Shown here: positions 21,601 through 31,031 of the stretch, piece by piece
How positions within the stretch are numbered: position 1 is the stretch's first letter
Layout of the letters: every line of letters starts with the position of its first letter
IMG/VR virus record: IMGVR_UViG_3300030406_006533
Coordinates: 1 to 52,755 of that record
Reading direction: 5' to 3' (one strand)
Source of the DNA: a virus
Lineage: Duplodnaviria > Caudoviricetes
Length of the DNA: 52,755 bases
Position numbers and translations under genes: made by a program
Notes under the pieces: model-generated
Database searches by the model: none
Seen by the model: the letters and a program-made list of their open reading frames with translations, nothing else
Told to the model about the DNA's origin: nothing

Positions 21601-24600
21601 TTATTTATCAAGGAGACCTCTTAGTTCATCAATTTGTTTTTGTTGATCTTTTACAACCTCAATCAATAATCCAATCAATCCATTATAATTAACTGATTTT
21701 GGATCATTACCACTTACAATTTCTGGTAATATCTCCTCAACATTATCAGCAATTACACCAAGAGATGGTCTATTGTCTGACTTCCAATTAAATGATACAC
21801 CATCAATCTTTTTAATTTTATCAATTGGATTTTGAATAATTTGAATATTAGTTTTAACTTTTCGATCCGAAAGTGAATCAAAGTTAGTTGCAGCTGCAGT
21901 TCCAGTGACATGTAAATCATATTGTGGATCAGTGTTTTTGACACCAATATTTCCTGAAACAATTAAATTATTTGTAATTTTTCCACTGTTCACAGTTACA
22001 ATACCAACTGCTAGTGTTGCATTATTATCTGTGAGTGCATTTACTCCAGTTGGATCAATGGTTCCGATACCAACATTGCCACTCTGGTGTATGGTAAATT
22101 TATCTCCACCACCTCCACCAGCACCAGTTCCATGAAAACGAACTATGAAATTACTAACATCACCAGGTGCATTATTATTTGGATCTATATTAATAGCAAA
22201 ATTACCTGAAGCAGAATCATGATCAATATGTGATTCGACGTTAGTATCACTATCAGTAAAATAAAGTTTTGGTGAAGAACCATATAGATGCATTAATCCT
22301 GAAGGATTATCAGTTCCAACACCGACATTACCATTAGCTGCGACACGAAGTTTTTCACTAGATCCAGTTTCAATAGAGAATATACCATCATCACCATGTA
22401 ATTTCAGACGAACACCATTATTATCAGTTAATCCAGTAGTAACACCAGCACCAGCATTTGCAGATTGTGCTTGTATATACAAAAATGCTTGATTATTACT
22501 GTTTGCTCCTGCGTTCGATGGCATGAAGATGGATCCACCAGTACTAGAACCATCTGATCTTTCCCTTATGAAGTTTATTCCACTATAATTTTTATCTCCA
22601 GTATTTGATATATCGAGTACTGCATCACCAGCAATAGCTTCAATAAAAGATGTTACATTTCCTGCACCATTGTATACATGGAGTTTTTGATCTGGATTAT
22701 CAGTTCCAATACCAATCGTTCCATCACCTTTTATACGGAATCTTTCCTCATCATTCGTAACAAATGCAAGATTGTTCGCAGCTGGTCTATGAAAATAATT
22801 GTCTGTATCACTAGTAAAGAAAATGTGTCCCTCTGATGAAATAGATACTTGTCGAGTGCCATCAACGAAAAATCTTATTTCACTATTATCTACAGCATCT
22901 TTTTTATCCGCTTCTATATGAAGTCTTCCATCGACTGTACGAATACGGGACTGAGTGTCATCATCATAAATATCTAGATTTGCACCACTATCAGTACTAC
23001 TTAAAATTCCTAAATTATCGACAGCACTTAATATGTGTAAAGGAGTATCTGGAAGGCTAGTACCAATACCAACTCTACCATTCGCACCAAAAACAAATTG
23101 AGTGGCACCATTGGAAATACCTCTCATTAAGTATGCAGTAGATGAAGTATGTAAATTTGAACCTTTCTCTACAAAACTAATTCCTGTTTCTGCAACACCC
23201 GAATCTATACCATAAATTCTTGCAGCAGTATTCCCAACACCAAGTCCATTATAAGCCTTAAAAACGTCCAACTCATATTGTGGAACAGTGCTTCCAATAC
23301 CGACTTTTTTAGTATCATTGTTTATTGTAAACCAATAATCAGCTCCTGATCTTGCACGTAACTCTTCTACATCACCATCATTTCTATAAAAATCAAATAA
23401 TTGTCCACCACCACTACCATTATCTCTGATTGCTTGTATTCTTAAAATTTGAGGAGTTCCAGCACCAATATTCCAGTTTTTATTGTCTGTTGTTCCATTT
23501 TGTTTTGTGAATCTTATAATGGGAATATTATTTTGTATGTGAAGTTCTTGCTGTGGATTAGTAGTTCCAATACCAATCTTAGACCTAAACTCAACATCAT
23601 TAATAAACGTAGATATACCAGCTACTGATACACCAGCTCCAGTTACGTGTACTCCATTTCTTGCCGTAATAAGTCCTATAGAATCTACATTTGTTACATC
23701 TTCGTATGTAAGAGTTCCTGCGATTGATACATTTGCTTTAAATTCGGCATTATTTACAAATGTAGAAACACCTGAAACATTTAAATTATCTAATTCAGTG
23801 TGTCCATCTACATCTAAATCTCCATTTGCATCAATATCCCCATCAAAGATTGCCGTGCCAGATACAACTTGTATACCATCAGCAAACGTTGATAAACCTA
23901 CAAAAGTAGATATACCATTAACTTTTAAAGTTTCAACCACAAGATCTTGTTGAGTAGTTTTAATCGTACCTAAAAATTCTCTCGCGTATATCTTGTCAAA
24001 TCGTAATGATGCACTTTCACCAATGTTTGATGATTCATGAGCAGCTGGTAATATATTACCTGTAAATGTTGAGACACCAGTCGTTTTAAAATCACCTGTT
24101 GTGGTTCCACCTGAGACTAATACACCTTCATTGGTAGTTTCAATTTTCTTCGAATCATTAAATCTTAATTCTGAACTCGATCCATTATTGAAAACTGCAT
24201 AAGTTGCACTATCAGCAGCATTTTTAAGAGTAATTACGTTTGCTCTTAGATCTAAAGTACCACTAGCATCTTGGATAACACTTCCACCAGCAGTTTTAAC
24301 ATTAACGGTATTAAAGAATGTTGAAACTCCAGAATTACTTAATTGTGTAGTAAATAAAGTACTCTTTTGAGTTGTAATTCCAACAAACGTTGATACACCA
24401 GATACATTTAATTGATTAGTGTCGGTGGTTGCTTCTACAAAAATATTATCGTTAAAGGTGGATACACCCACAAACGTAGAAACACCAGTTACACTTAATG
24501 TTCCTGTTGTGGTTCCACCTGAAACTAATACACCTTCATTAGTAGTTTCAAATTTTAGATTTCGATTAAAATATAAATCAACACTATTATTTGTTTTAAA

Positions 24601-27600
24601 TTGTGCCAGATAATTTGAACTATAACCTTCAGTAATATTAAGATTTCTTCCACCAGAAGCACTGTTGCTTTGAACAGTAATGGTGCCAACCATACCACCA
24701 TGATACTGGCAGATATAATAATAAGTTCCAGCTGCACTTGGAGTCCATGATACCGTTCCACTTTCAGCTCCATTATTTGTTACACCTGATGCTTGATTTC
24801 CAGTTCCTGTTGTAGCAGCAGTCTTGATAAAAAATGGATGTCCACTAGCACTTACAGAAAAATTAACAGTATCACCAACATTAAGAGTAACAGTAACGTT
24901 ATTTCCACTTACAGATCCATTTCTATCAGAACCACTTAAGTTATAGGCAGATGCTCCAACATTAGATACATTAATATTAAACGTTGAATTTGATATCTCA
25001 CCACCGACACCAATATATAAATTTCCAGATCCAGCTTCAATAATACGTGAGTCACCACTTGTTAAATGCTCTATCAGTAAATTATCATTATCACCAAATA
25101 CTGCCTTTGCATTATCTCTAAAATATGCCGTTGTCCCAAATCCGACTGTAGCACCAGTTCCTACAAAAATATTATCTTGGAATGTTGATACTCCAGAAAC
25201 ACTTAAATTAGTCGTATCTAATTGTCCGAAGACTGTGACACCGATTCCTGATGTGGAAAATCGTTTAGTTCCATCGTAATGTAAATTAACTGGACCAAAA
25301 GCACCAAAAAATCCCATTGTGTTGCCGTTATCGACGTTTTGGATTACAATATTCTTACCTGTAAGAACTAAATTTCCTGCTCCTTCATCACGAATTACAC
25401 TGTGAGTACCTGAGTGAAATATGTGAAGGTCGTTTGAATCTCCAAATTTTAGTCTTGCATTATCAATAAACTTAAATGAATTATCAGATTTATCAAAAAA
25501 TGCTGATGTAATTCCAGATGCTCCGTGAAACTTAACATCATCAGTAAATGTTGAAACACCAGTTACTTCTAAATTACGATCAACATCTAAATCTCTGCTA
25601 ACAATAACACGGCCAGCAGAATTTATTGCAAATCTTTCAGCAAAACTATCTTGTATATCTTGTATCGCTAGTTTTCCACCGTTTTGAATAATTCTATAAT
25701 CTGGGTTATTATCATCCTCAGTGAAGGTTATAGTAGGGTTAGCATTTTTGATATGAATATCTCCACCAACAAATAAATCATTTCCTGTAGTGACTACTCC
25801 TACAAATGTAGATACACCAGAGACTTTTAAGTCATGAGAAAATAAAGAATTTGTGGTTACAATACCAACTGCTAATGTAGAATTATTGTTTGTAAGTGCT
25901 TCAGTTCCAGTTGGATTATTAGTTCCAAAACCAACTTTACCATTATGGTCAATGACCATATGTGCTGTGAAGGCATTTGCATCAGAAACGTTTGTGCTTC
26001 CAACTCCAACAACGAATCCGTTATTATCATTATCATTTGTATCATATATTAAATTTAAACCAGAGATTGATGCAAGAGTCGTAAAATTACCACCACTACC
26101 AAAAGGAGGCACATTCTGGTCATCAAAATTTAAGAACGAAAATCCATATGGGTCACTCGATCTACCAACATATTGAACATTTTGCACCGCCATCGCAGCA
26201 GGACCTGATCCTGATATTCTTGATATTCCTGTAATCGCAGTTTGATTATCACCAATAATATTTCCATTTGCATCTATGTTACCAGTAAATGTCGAGATAC
26301 CAGCAACCTTTAAGTCACGAGAAAATAAAGAATTTGTGGTTACAATACCGACTGCTAATGTAGCAGTATTGTTTGTAAGAGCATTAATTCCAGTTGGATT
26401 AGCAGTTCCAATACCAACCTTCATATTAGGCACTGTGCTTCCAATACCGACAGTATCAGAAGTGATTCTTATAATCTCAAAACCACCAGCTGCGAGTCCT
26501 AGTTGATTATTGTCAGGATGATTAAAGAAAGTATCATGATCACTTTCGAAAGATATTCGACCATCATTATGAGTAGTATTAATATCAAACCTTATCATCT
26601 CCTTGTCATTATCACTTTCAATCAATCTGACATATCCATCAGCATATATGTCTAAACTACCAGATTGACCATTTAATTTAACTTCTGCATCAGAAGAATC
26701 TTTAAGAAATAAATCTCCATCAACAAACGCATCTCCGTTAACATGAAGATTATGTACCTGTGGATTTGCCGTATTAATACCAACATTACTCTGGAACTCA
26801 ACATTATCGATAAACGTGGATATGCCAGCAACTGATACACCAGCTCCAGTTACATGAATACCCCTTCTTGCTGTGATGAGTCCTATAGAATCTACATTTG
26901 TAACATCTTCATAAGTTAGTGTACCTGCAATTGATACATTACCACTAAATGTTCCATCTCCAGTTACAGCAAGAGTTGAACCATTAAATGTTAAATTAGG
27001 ACTATCTTCAAGTTCACCACCAGTTCCAACAATTACAACTCTATCTTCAGTTAGATCCTCTACTTTAAATGTATTTGCCTGACCACCACCATTGATATCA
27101 ACAAGATCTCCAAATGTTGATAAACCAGATACATTTAATTGATCAACATCAAGAGTTTCCTCTATAAAAACATTACTATTAAATGTAGATATTCCATTAA
27201 ACGTTGATATTCCAGATACGACTTCGATACCACCAGCAAAAGTTGATAGTCCGATAAATGTTGATACACCAGTGACTTTTAAGTTGCCAATCTCTTGATT
27301 GTCGAGAATTGTGTTTTTCTCAGCAAAAATTTCTCTTGCAAATATTTTGTCAAATCGAAATGACGCACTTTCACCAATGTTTGATGATTCATTAGCAGCT
27401 GGTAATATATTACCTGTAAACGTTGATACACCAGTTGCCTTAAAGTCACCTGTTGTGGTTCCACCTGAAACTAATATACCTTCATTGGTGGTTTCAAATT
27501 TAATATTATTATTTTCATATAATTTTACACCATTAACATTAGCAGTTGCGAAAAGTTTAGTATCAGTAGAATTTTTTATTTTAAGAGTGCTGGTGCGAAG

Positions 27601-30015
27601 TTCTAAAGATCCTGTGCCAGAATCTTCAATTATCGAATCTTCCCCATCATGATATATGCTTAAATCTTCATCATCACCAAAAACTGCCTTTGCATTATCT
27701 CTAAAGTAAGCTGTTGTTCCAAATCCGACTGTTGCTCCTACACCTATAAAAATATCATCTTGGAATGTTGAAACACCAGTCGCTCTAAAGTCACGAGTCG
27801 TTGTTCCACCTGATACTAATATGCCTTGTCCGTTAGTTTCTAGTCTTTCCTCTCCTAAATGATATAGAATTGTAGTTCGTTGAGGACTACCTTGTATCAA
27901 TTTTATCAAAGGTCTCCAATTATTATCAAAGAATTGAAATGCTCCTGGTCCTCCACCACCATTTGACTTAAATATTAAAGGACCATCTCCTCTATCCTCA
28001 ATTATCGAAACATAATTATCAGTGGTAATTGGATCACCTTCAGAATTATTTTGATTTGCAAGAGTGTCAGTGCGAGTTATTCTAAATCCTTCATCATCAC
28101 CAAAAACTGCCGATGCATCATCTCTAAAGTAAGCTGTTGTCCCAAATCCAACCGTTGCACCTACACCTATAAAAATATCATCTTGGAATGTTGATACACC
28201 AGTAGCCTTAAAGTCACCTGTTGTGGTTCCACCTGAGACTATTATACCTTCCTTTGTGGTTTCTAATTTAGGAAAAAAGTCATGGTAAATTTTAACTGAA
28301 CCATTATCAGTTGCCTCTAGAAAATTCTCATTACCATCTTTATTTCTTAAAAATAATTTATCTGCTTGAATTGATAATGTTGCACCTATACCTGATCTAG
28401 TTTCTCTGATTATACTCTGCTCACCATCATGAAATATCTCAAAATCCTCATCATCTCCAAAGACTGCCTTTGCATTATCTCTTACAAAAAGATTACCAGC
28501 AAATGTTGAAACACCAGTTACATTTAAATGTGTGGTGCTTGTAATTCCTAAAACTGAAATACCTATTCCTGTAGTTCTAAATCGAAGATTATTATTATGA
28601 AATAAATCTACAGAACCTGCGTTCGTTGCAGTAAAATATGTGTTATTATTAGCACTATCATTAATACTCAAATTTGTTGCTCGTATGAGTAAATCTCCAG
28701 TTCCATTTTCATGAATAACAGTTTCTCCATTTCCTGCATGGTAAATTTGTAAATCATCATTTAAACCAAGTCTAATTCTAGCGTCATTTGGCATATCCAA
28801 ATGAGATCCAATGGCAACTCTATTCTCAAAAGTACCGAAACCAGTTACTCTTAAATCACCTGTTGTGGTTCCACCTGAGACTAATATACCTTCGTTTGTG
28901 GTTTCAATTTTTTTCGAAGCATTAAAATATAGCTCTACTGAATCATTTGCTTTTGCAACAACGCTATTTTCACCCGATGTTGGTTGAAGATTTATAGAAC
29001 CAAATCCATTATCTCTTATGAATAAACGTCCAATAGTATTATCAATATACGCATTGGATCCATCATGATATATTTTTAAATCTTCATCATTTCCAAAGAC
29101 TGCCTTTGCATTATCTCTAAAGTAAGCTGTCGATCCAAATCCGACTGTTGCTCCTACACCTATAAAAATATCATTAGTAAAAGTTGTGAATCCTACAAAT
29201 CTTGAATCACCAAGAACATCTAATAATCTATCAGGTTGTGTTGATCCAATACCTATACGATTATTAGTAAAATCAAAAACAAAATTATCAGCACCTCCAA
29301 GTAATCCTGTTGAATCATGAAATTGAACTTGAGTAAATGTTCCCGCAGCTCCAACTTCCACACTTCTTACATCAGTGTATTTTAAACCACCAGTTACTGT
29401 TTTAACTAAGAGATCACCAGCATTACCAACAAAATTGTCTTCATCAACAATTGCACTTTCTAATCTTAAATTACCTACAACATGTAAATTTTCTGTTGGA
29501 TCACTAGTTCCAATACCAACTGACCCAATACCTACACTATCATCAAATACAAAAAATGGTGATGTCGCAAAATCACTCCTATTTGTTCCGACTCCAGCAT
29601 CTCCTTGTGGATCAAATATTACATCTTTATACAGAATACTTTTATTTGGACCAGGTGGAACAACAGTAATTGTGGCGGCAATCCCTAAAGTAACAGCATC
29701 AACTGTAAGACCTATTCCTACAAAATTTAATTGAGTGATGCTATTTGAAGTACCAACAAGTTTACCATCATCAAAAACTGTAATTGATCCTGGTATAATA
29801 CCACCACCAACTGGAACCCAAAATCTTTCACCTGGTCTATCCAATAAGGAAACAATTTGATATTGTTGACCCACTGGTATATCAGGTGATCCAGTAACGC
29901 TAGGACTATCTCCTAAATTTGGCTCTGCTTGATCTAATCCAAGATATTGATACCTATCTGTGCTTAAATAAGCTTGACCTCTTCTTTTAACTCTTCCACT
30001 TAAATACTTTGGCAT
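21601..30015 (-). CDS. Modular tail fibre protein (2804 aa) with inserted cupredoxin-like domain and C-terminal Peptidase_S74 chaperone
   Basis: Repeats ETTNEGILVSGGTTT / GVSTF / GATVGFGTTAYFRDNAKAVFG; C-terminal SDRKVKTNI...G.IA..VE.ILPE.V....SVNYNGLIGLLIE = S74. Confidence 0.88.
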   Translation of the reverse strand: MPKYLSGRVKRRGQAYLSTDRYQYLGLDQAEPNLGDSPSVTGSPDIPVGQQYQIVSLLDRPGERFWVPVGGGIIPGSITVFDDGKLVGTSNSITQLNFVGIGLTVDAVTLGIAATITVVPPGPNKSILYKDVIFDPQGDAGVGTNRSDFATSPFFVFDDSVGIGSVGIGTSDPTENLHVVGNLRLESAIVDEDNFVGNAGDLLVKTVTGGLKYTDVRSVEVGAAGTFTQVQFHDSTGLLGGADNFVFDFTNNRIGIGSTQPDRLLDVLGDSRFVGFTTFTNDIFIGVGATVGFGSTAYFRDNAKAVFGNDEDLKIYHDGSNAYIDNTIGRLFIRDNGFGSINLQPTSGENSVVAKANDSVELYFNASKKIETTNEGILVSGGTTTGDLRVTGFGTFENRVAIGSHLDMPNDARIRLGLNDDLQIYHAGNGETVIHENGTGDLLIRATNLSINDSANNNTYFTATNAGSVDLFHNNNLRFRTTGIGISVLGITSTTHLNVTGVSTFAGNLFVRDNAKAVFGDDEDFEIFHDGEQSIIRETRSGIGATLSIQADKLFLRNKDGNENFLEATDNGSVKIYHDFFPKLETTKEGIIVSGGTTTGDFKATGVSTFQDDIFIGVGATVGFGTTAYFRDDASAVFGDDEGFRITRTDTLANQNNSEGDPITTDNYVSIIEDRGDGPLIFKSNGGGGPGAFQFFDNNWRPLIKLIQGSPQRTTILYHLGEERLETNGQGILVSGGTTTRDFRATGVSTFQDDIFIGVGATVGFGTTAYFRDNAKAVFGDDEDLSIYHDGEDSIIEDSGTGSLELRTSTLKIKNSTDTKLFATANVNGVKLYENNNIKFETTNEGILVSGGTTTGDFKATGVSTFTGNILPAANESSNIGESASFRFDKIFAREIFAEKNTILDNQEIGNLKVTGVSTFIGLSTFAGGIEVVSGISTFNGISTFNSNVFIEETLDVDQLNVSGLSTFGDLVDINGGGQANTFKVEDLTEDRVVIVGTGGELEDSPNLTFNGSTLAVTGDGTFSGNVSIAGTLTYEDVTNVDSIGLITARRGIHVTGAGVSVAGISTFIDNVEFQSNVGINTANPQVHNLHVNGDAFVDGDLFLKDSSDAEVKLNGQSGSLDIYADGYVRLIESDNDKEMIRFDINTTHNDGRISFESDHDTFFNHPDNNQLGLAAGGFEIIRITSDTVGIGSTVPNMKVGIGTANPTGINALTNNTATLAVGIVTTNSLFSRDLKVAGISTFTGNIDANGNIIGDNQTAITGISRISGSGPAAMAVQNVQYVGRSSDPYGFSFLNFDDQNVPPFGSGGNFTTLASISGLNLIYDTNDNDNNGFVVGVGSTNVSDANAFTAHMVIDHNGKVGFGTNNPTGTEALTNNNSTLAVGIVTTNSLFSHDLKVSGVSTFVGVVTTGNDLFVGGDIHIKNANPTITFTEDDNNPDYRIIQNGGKLAIQDIQDSFAERFAINSAGRVIVSRDLDVDRNLEVTGVSTFTDDVKFHGASGITSAFFDKSDNSFKFIDNARLKFGDSNDLHIFHSGTHSVIRDEGAGNLVLTGKNIVIQNVDNGNTMGFFGAFGPVNLHYDGTKRFSTSGIGVTVFGQLDTTNLSVSGVSTFQDNIFVGTGATVGFGTTAYFRDNAKAVFGDNDNLLIEHLTSGDSRIIEAGSGNLYIGVGGEISNSTFNINVSNVGASAYNLSGSDRNGSVSGNNVTVTLNVGDTVNFSVSASGHPFFIKTAATTGTGNQASGVTNNGAESGTVSWTPSAAGTYYYICQYHGGMVGTITVQSNSASGGRNLNITEGYSSNYLAQFKTNNSVDLYFNRNLKFETTNEGVLVSGGTTTGTLSVTGVSTFVGVSTFNDNIFVEATTDTNQLNVSGVSTFVGITTQKSTLFTTQLSNSGVSTFFNTVNVKTAGGSVIQDASGTLDLRANVITLKNAADSATYAVFNNGSSSELRFNDSKKIETTNEGVLVSGGTTTGDFKTTGVSTFTGNILPAAHESSNIGESASLRFDKIYAREFLGTIKTTQQDLVVETLKVNGISTFVGLSTFADGIQVVSGTAIFDGDIDANGDLDVDGHTELDNLNVSGVSTFVNNAEFKANVSIAGTLTYEDVTNVDSIGLITARNGVHVTGAGVSVAGISTFINDVEFRSKIGIGTTNPQQELHIQNNIPIIRFTKQNGTTDNKNWNIGAGTPQILRIQAIRDNGSGGGQLFDFYRNDGDVEELRARSGADYWFTINNDTKKVGIGSTVPQYELDVFKAYNGLGVGNTAARIYGIDSGVAETGISFVEKGSNLHTSSTAYLMRGISNGATQFVFGANGRVGIGTSLPDTPLHILSAVDNLGILSSTDSGANLDIYDDDTQSRIRTVDGRLHIEADKKDAVDNSEIRFFVDGTRQVSISSEGHIFFTSDTDNYFHRPAANNLAFVTNDEERFRIKGDGTIGIGTDNPDQKLHVYNGAGNVTSFIEAIAGDAVLDISNTGDKNYSGINFIRERSDGSSTGGSIFMPSNAGANSNNQAFLYIQAQSANAGAGVTTGLTDNNGVRLKLHGDDGIFSIETGSSEKLRVAANGNVGVGTDNPSGLMHLYGSSPKLYFTDSDTNVESHIDHDSASGNFAINIDPNNNAPGDVSNFIVRFHGTGAGGGGGDKFTIHQSGNVGIGTIDPTGVNALTDNNATLAVGIVTVNSGKITNNLIVSGNIGVKNTDPQYDLHVTGTAAATNFDSLSDRKVKTNIQIIQNPIDKIKKIDGVSFNWKSDNRPSLGVIADNVEEILPEIVSGNDPKSVNYNGLIGLLIEVVKDQQKQIDELRGLLDK
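21602..21609 (-). promoter_or_regulatory. Late promoter GATAAATA overlapping the stop codon of the 2804-aa gene
   Basis: NATAAATA about 38 nt upstream of the ATG at 21563. Confidence 0.65.
24260..24387. repeat. 128-bp perfect repeat shared with the 1495-aa gene at 34969-35096
   Basis: Identical by eye (FVGITTQKSTLFTTQLSNSGVSTFFNTVNVKTAGGSVIQDASG). Confidence 0.9.
24670..24990 (-). other. Cupredoxin/plastocyanin-like domain within the fibre, with putative type-1 Cu ligands H...C-xx-H-xx-M
   Basis: VGDTVNF...GHPF.I...WTP..AGTYYYICQYHGGMVGTITV. Confidence 0.75.
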
Positions 30016-30016
30016 A

Positions 30017-31030
30017 TTATGTTGAGCTATTCTCTAAGATACTACATATAAATTCCATCTGAAGTGGTCCGACCAATCCACCCGTAGTTGTGATTCCAAC
30101 ATCCACAGCAAAAGCATTAGTAGACGTGCTCCCAACACCTAAAACACCATTATTACGTTCTGAATTAGATTTAGATGCAGGGTCGGTTGATCGAGGATAT
30201 CTCTTTTCCTTGAAAAAATTGTCTTGAGAACATTTAAATACTAATGATTCATCATTGATACTAATTGTATCTCCTTCAGTAAGATTGTGTGGTGCTGCAG
30301 AGGTAACCGATAATATTCCAGTTGTAGAAATATAATTTGTTCCAGAGACAGGTAATATGATATCATTTGGAGTTGCAGTTGATGATGATACAACGGTAAT
30401 CGCAACACCCACTGGACGAATAAACTTATGTGTTGATGGTTGAAATGTATGTGGTAAATTTGCAACTATCCCCGTGTTTGTCTCAAAAGTTATTCCACTT
30501 CCCACCCTATCAACAGTGAATGAAACTTGTGGAGCTGGGAATATATTACTTGTAATTCCTGCAGTTGAGGGACACTCAAAAATTATACCAGCCATCGTTA
30601 TTTTATCACCTTCACTAAATCCATGAGGATCGAGTGTGGTGACTGTGGTCAAACCTGTTGGATGATGATATTTCACATCATTTATCGTAGCTATTCCAGA
30701 TTGAACTCCATTTATAAGAAGTGAATCAGAAACAAGAGCTGTTCTTTCTAATACTAATCTTCCATCAATTAAAACAAGAGCATCATTTGGAGGTATTTCA
30801 ATATCTTTCGCAATTCTATTATCTCGAATATTTCCTGCTGTTCTTGTAGATGTGCTAGTTCTTCGGACAGTAAATGATACTCTAGGAAAAGTATTTGCAG
30901 CTCCAACATGAGCTACCTGCGCTGCAAGAACAATCGCAGATGTTCCCACTGGAGCTCTATATAATTCCTGTATACCTGGCGCAACTGGAACAGCAATTGT
31001 CAGAAATTTATTTAGTGGTGCGATTGCCAT
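30017..31030 (-). CDS. Virion structural protein (337 aa), tail/baseplate-associated
   Basis: MAIAPLNKFLT start; Y..TTG.L.VT...H....GD.I....C...YPR.TDP modules; abuts its neighbours within 1 nt. Confidence 0.75.
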   Translation of the reverse strand: MAIAPLNKFLTIAVPVAPGIQELYRAPVGTSAIVLAAQVAHVGAANTFPRVSFTVRRTSTSTRTAGNIRDNRIAKDIEIPPNDALVLIDGRLVLERTALVSDSLLINGVQSGIATINDVKYHHPTGLTTVTTLDPHGFSEGDKITMAGIIFECPSTAGITSNIFPAPQVSFTVDRVGSGITFETNTGIVANLPHTFQPSTHKFIRPVGVAITVVSSSTATPNDIILPVSGTNYISTTGILSVTSAAPHNLTEGDTISINDESLVFKCSQDNFFKEKRYPRSTDPASKSNSERNNGVLGVGSTSTNAFAVDVGITTTGGLVGPLQMEFICSILENSST

Positions 31031-31031
31031 A

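Noticed and set aside
21564-21603. Stop-codon readthrough fusing the 2804-aa and 4571-aa genes
   Set aside because: The 37-nt gap puts them out of frame, and the downstream frame has a TAG two codons before its ATG
10260-26415. CRISPR-like array suggested by recurring gttccgataccaacatt
   Set aside because: Irregular spacing, degenerate third positions, all in frame as GNVGIGT codons
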